This document shows positions 63,256-64,000 of a DNA stretch of 64,000 bases, in pieces (the stretch's first letter is position 1; each line of letters begins with the position of its first letter). The stretch covers positions 3,449,502 to 3,513,501 of the forward strand of contig MU058059.1 of assembly GCA_013265495.1 (NCBI GenBank), written 5' to 3'. The position numbers and the translations under genes are program-made. This DNA comes from Vicugna vicugna. Taxonomy: Eukaryota. The notes under the pieces are model-generated. The model saw only the letters and a list, made by a program, of their open reading frames with translations. It had not been told where the DNA came from and searched no databases.

Positions 63256-64000
63256 TCTTCTCATTTTACCTAATGAGGTCTTAGTTTCTGTTCTTTTTTA
63301 ATAAATAATAAGATTAATAAATCCTTTCTATATTAAGATAATCAACTGAATCATATTTATTCCAAGTATTCTTCTAGATTGAAATTAAAGGTGTTCATAA
63401 TATTTTCATAATATTTATAATAAAGTAGGTGTTAACTGTTTGCATTGATCAGTCTTTCTCCTTGTGATTTGTGAAAGTAAGTCTGCATTGTCCTTTCTCC
63501 ATTTAGGAGAAACAGAGCCAGAGCCCCTTCATCCTCAGCCCCTCCACAGCACACCACTGGATAATACTGGCATACCACTTTAGAACAACTATTGACAGTA
63601 GAACCAAGAGAGATCTCATAGTCTGAAATTCAAGGAGCCACATGTGGGCTAAGGGAATGATTGTATGGAGAAAGGTCAACTTCCCAGAATATTTAGGCAA
63701 GAAAAGATTCTGCCTTAAAATCCCCTCTACCAGAGGTACAATGTGTTGGTTCTGAGGGTTTCAGTTCAGCAGGAGAATATAACATGGGACACGTGTGGGG
63801 ATCAGGAATGAGAATGAGAATGAAGGTTAGAGTGAATTGTGAGCCACCAAAAAGGGGAAGGGGCCTCACCAGAAGGCTGGGAAACTAAGCAATCTTTCCT
63901 TATTTCCTGTTTCTTTTTTAAAACCTGGCATGTTATTCAGTGAAATAGTTGTTATTTAGCAGAAGTTATAATCTGCATATTAAAGCCTTTCACGTGGACT

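Noticed and set aside
1..64000. Prokaryotic-style systems (operons, CRISPR arrays, defence islands)
   Set aside because: The DNA is mammalian; there is no gene-dense ORF structure and no regularly spaced repeat-spacer array

Overview
This is mammalian genomic DNA, not prokaryotic or viral. It is most likely camelid: seven copies of a tRNA-Ala-derived SINE (GGGGAGGGTATAGCTCAGTGGTAGAGC...GGTTCAATCCCC, Vic-1-like) are present, and I saw no Alu, B1/B2, BovB or CAN-SINE. Interspersed repeats dominate the window: young and old LINE-1 fragments, L2, MIR, MaLR/ERVL/ERV1 solo LTRs and hAT DNA transposon fossils, often nested. There is one CpG island (~9.1-9.8 kb), a second small promoter-like patch (~31.1-31.3 kb) and a perfect RFX X-box (~25.4 kb). 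I recognise no known protein-coding gene. The only recognisable peptides in the ORF track are decayed L1 ORF1/ORF2 remnants. Several splice-site-bounded candidate exons exist on both strands, and one hand-built minus-strand chain gives a 203-aa ORF of no recognisable family; these are low-confidence hypotheses. I found no convincing novel biological system. Repeat family calls come from recalled consensus sequences, and boundaries are approximate unless a target-site duplication (TSD) is quoted.
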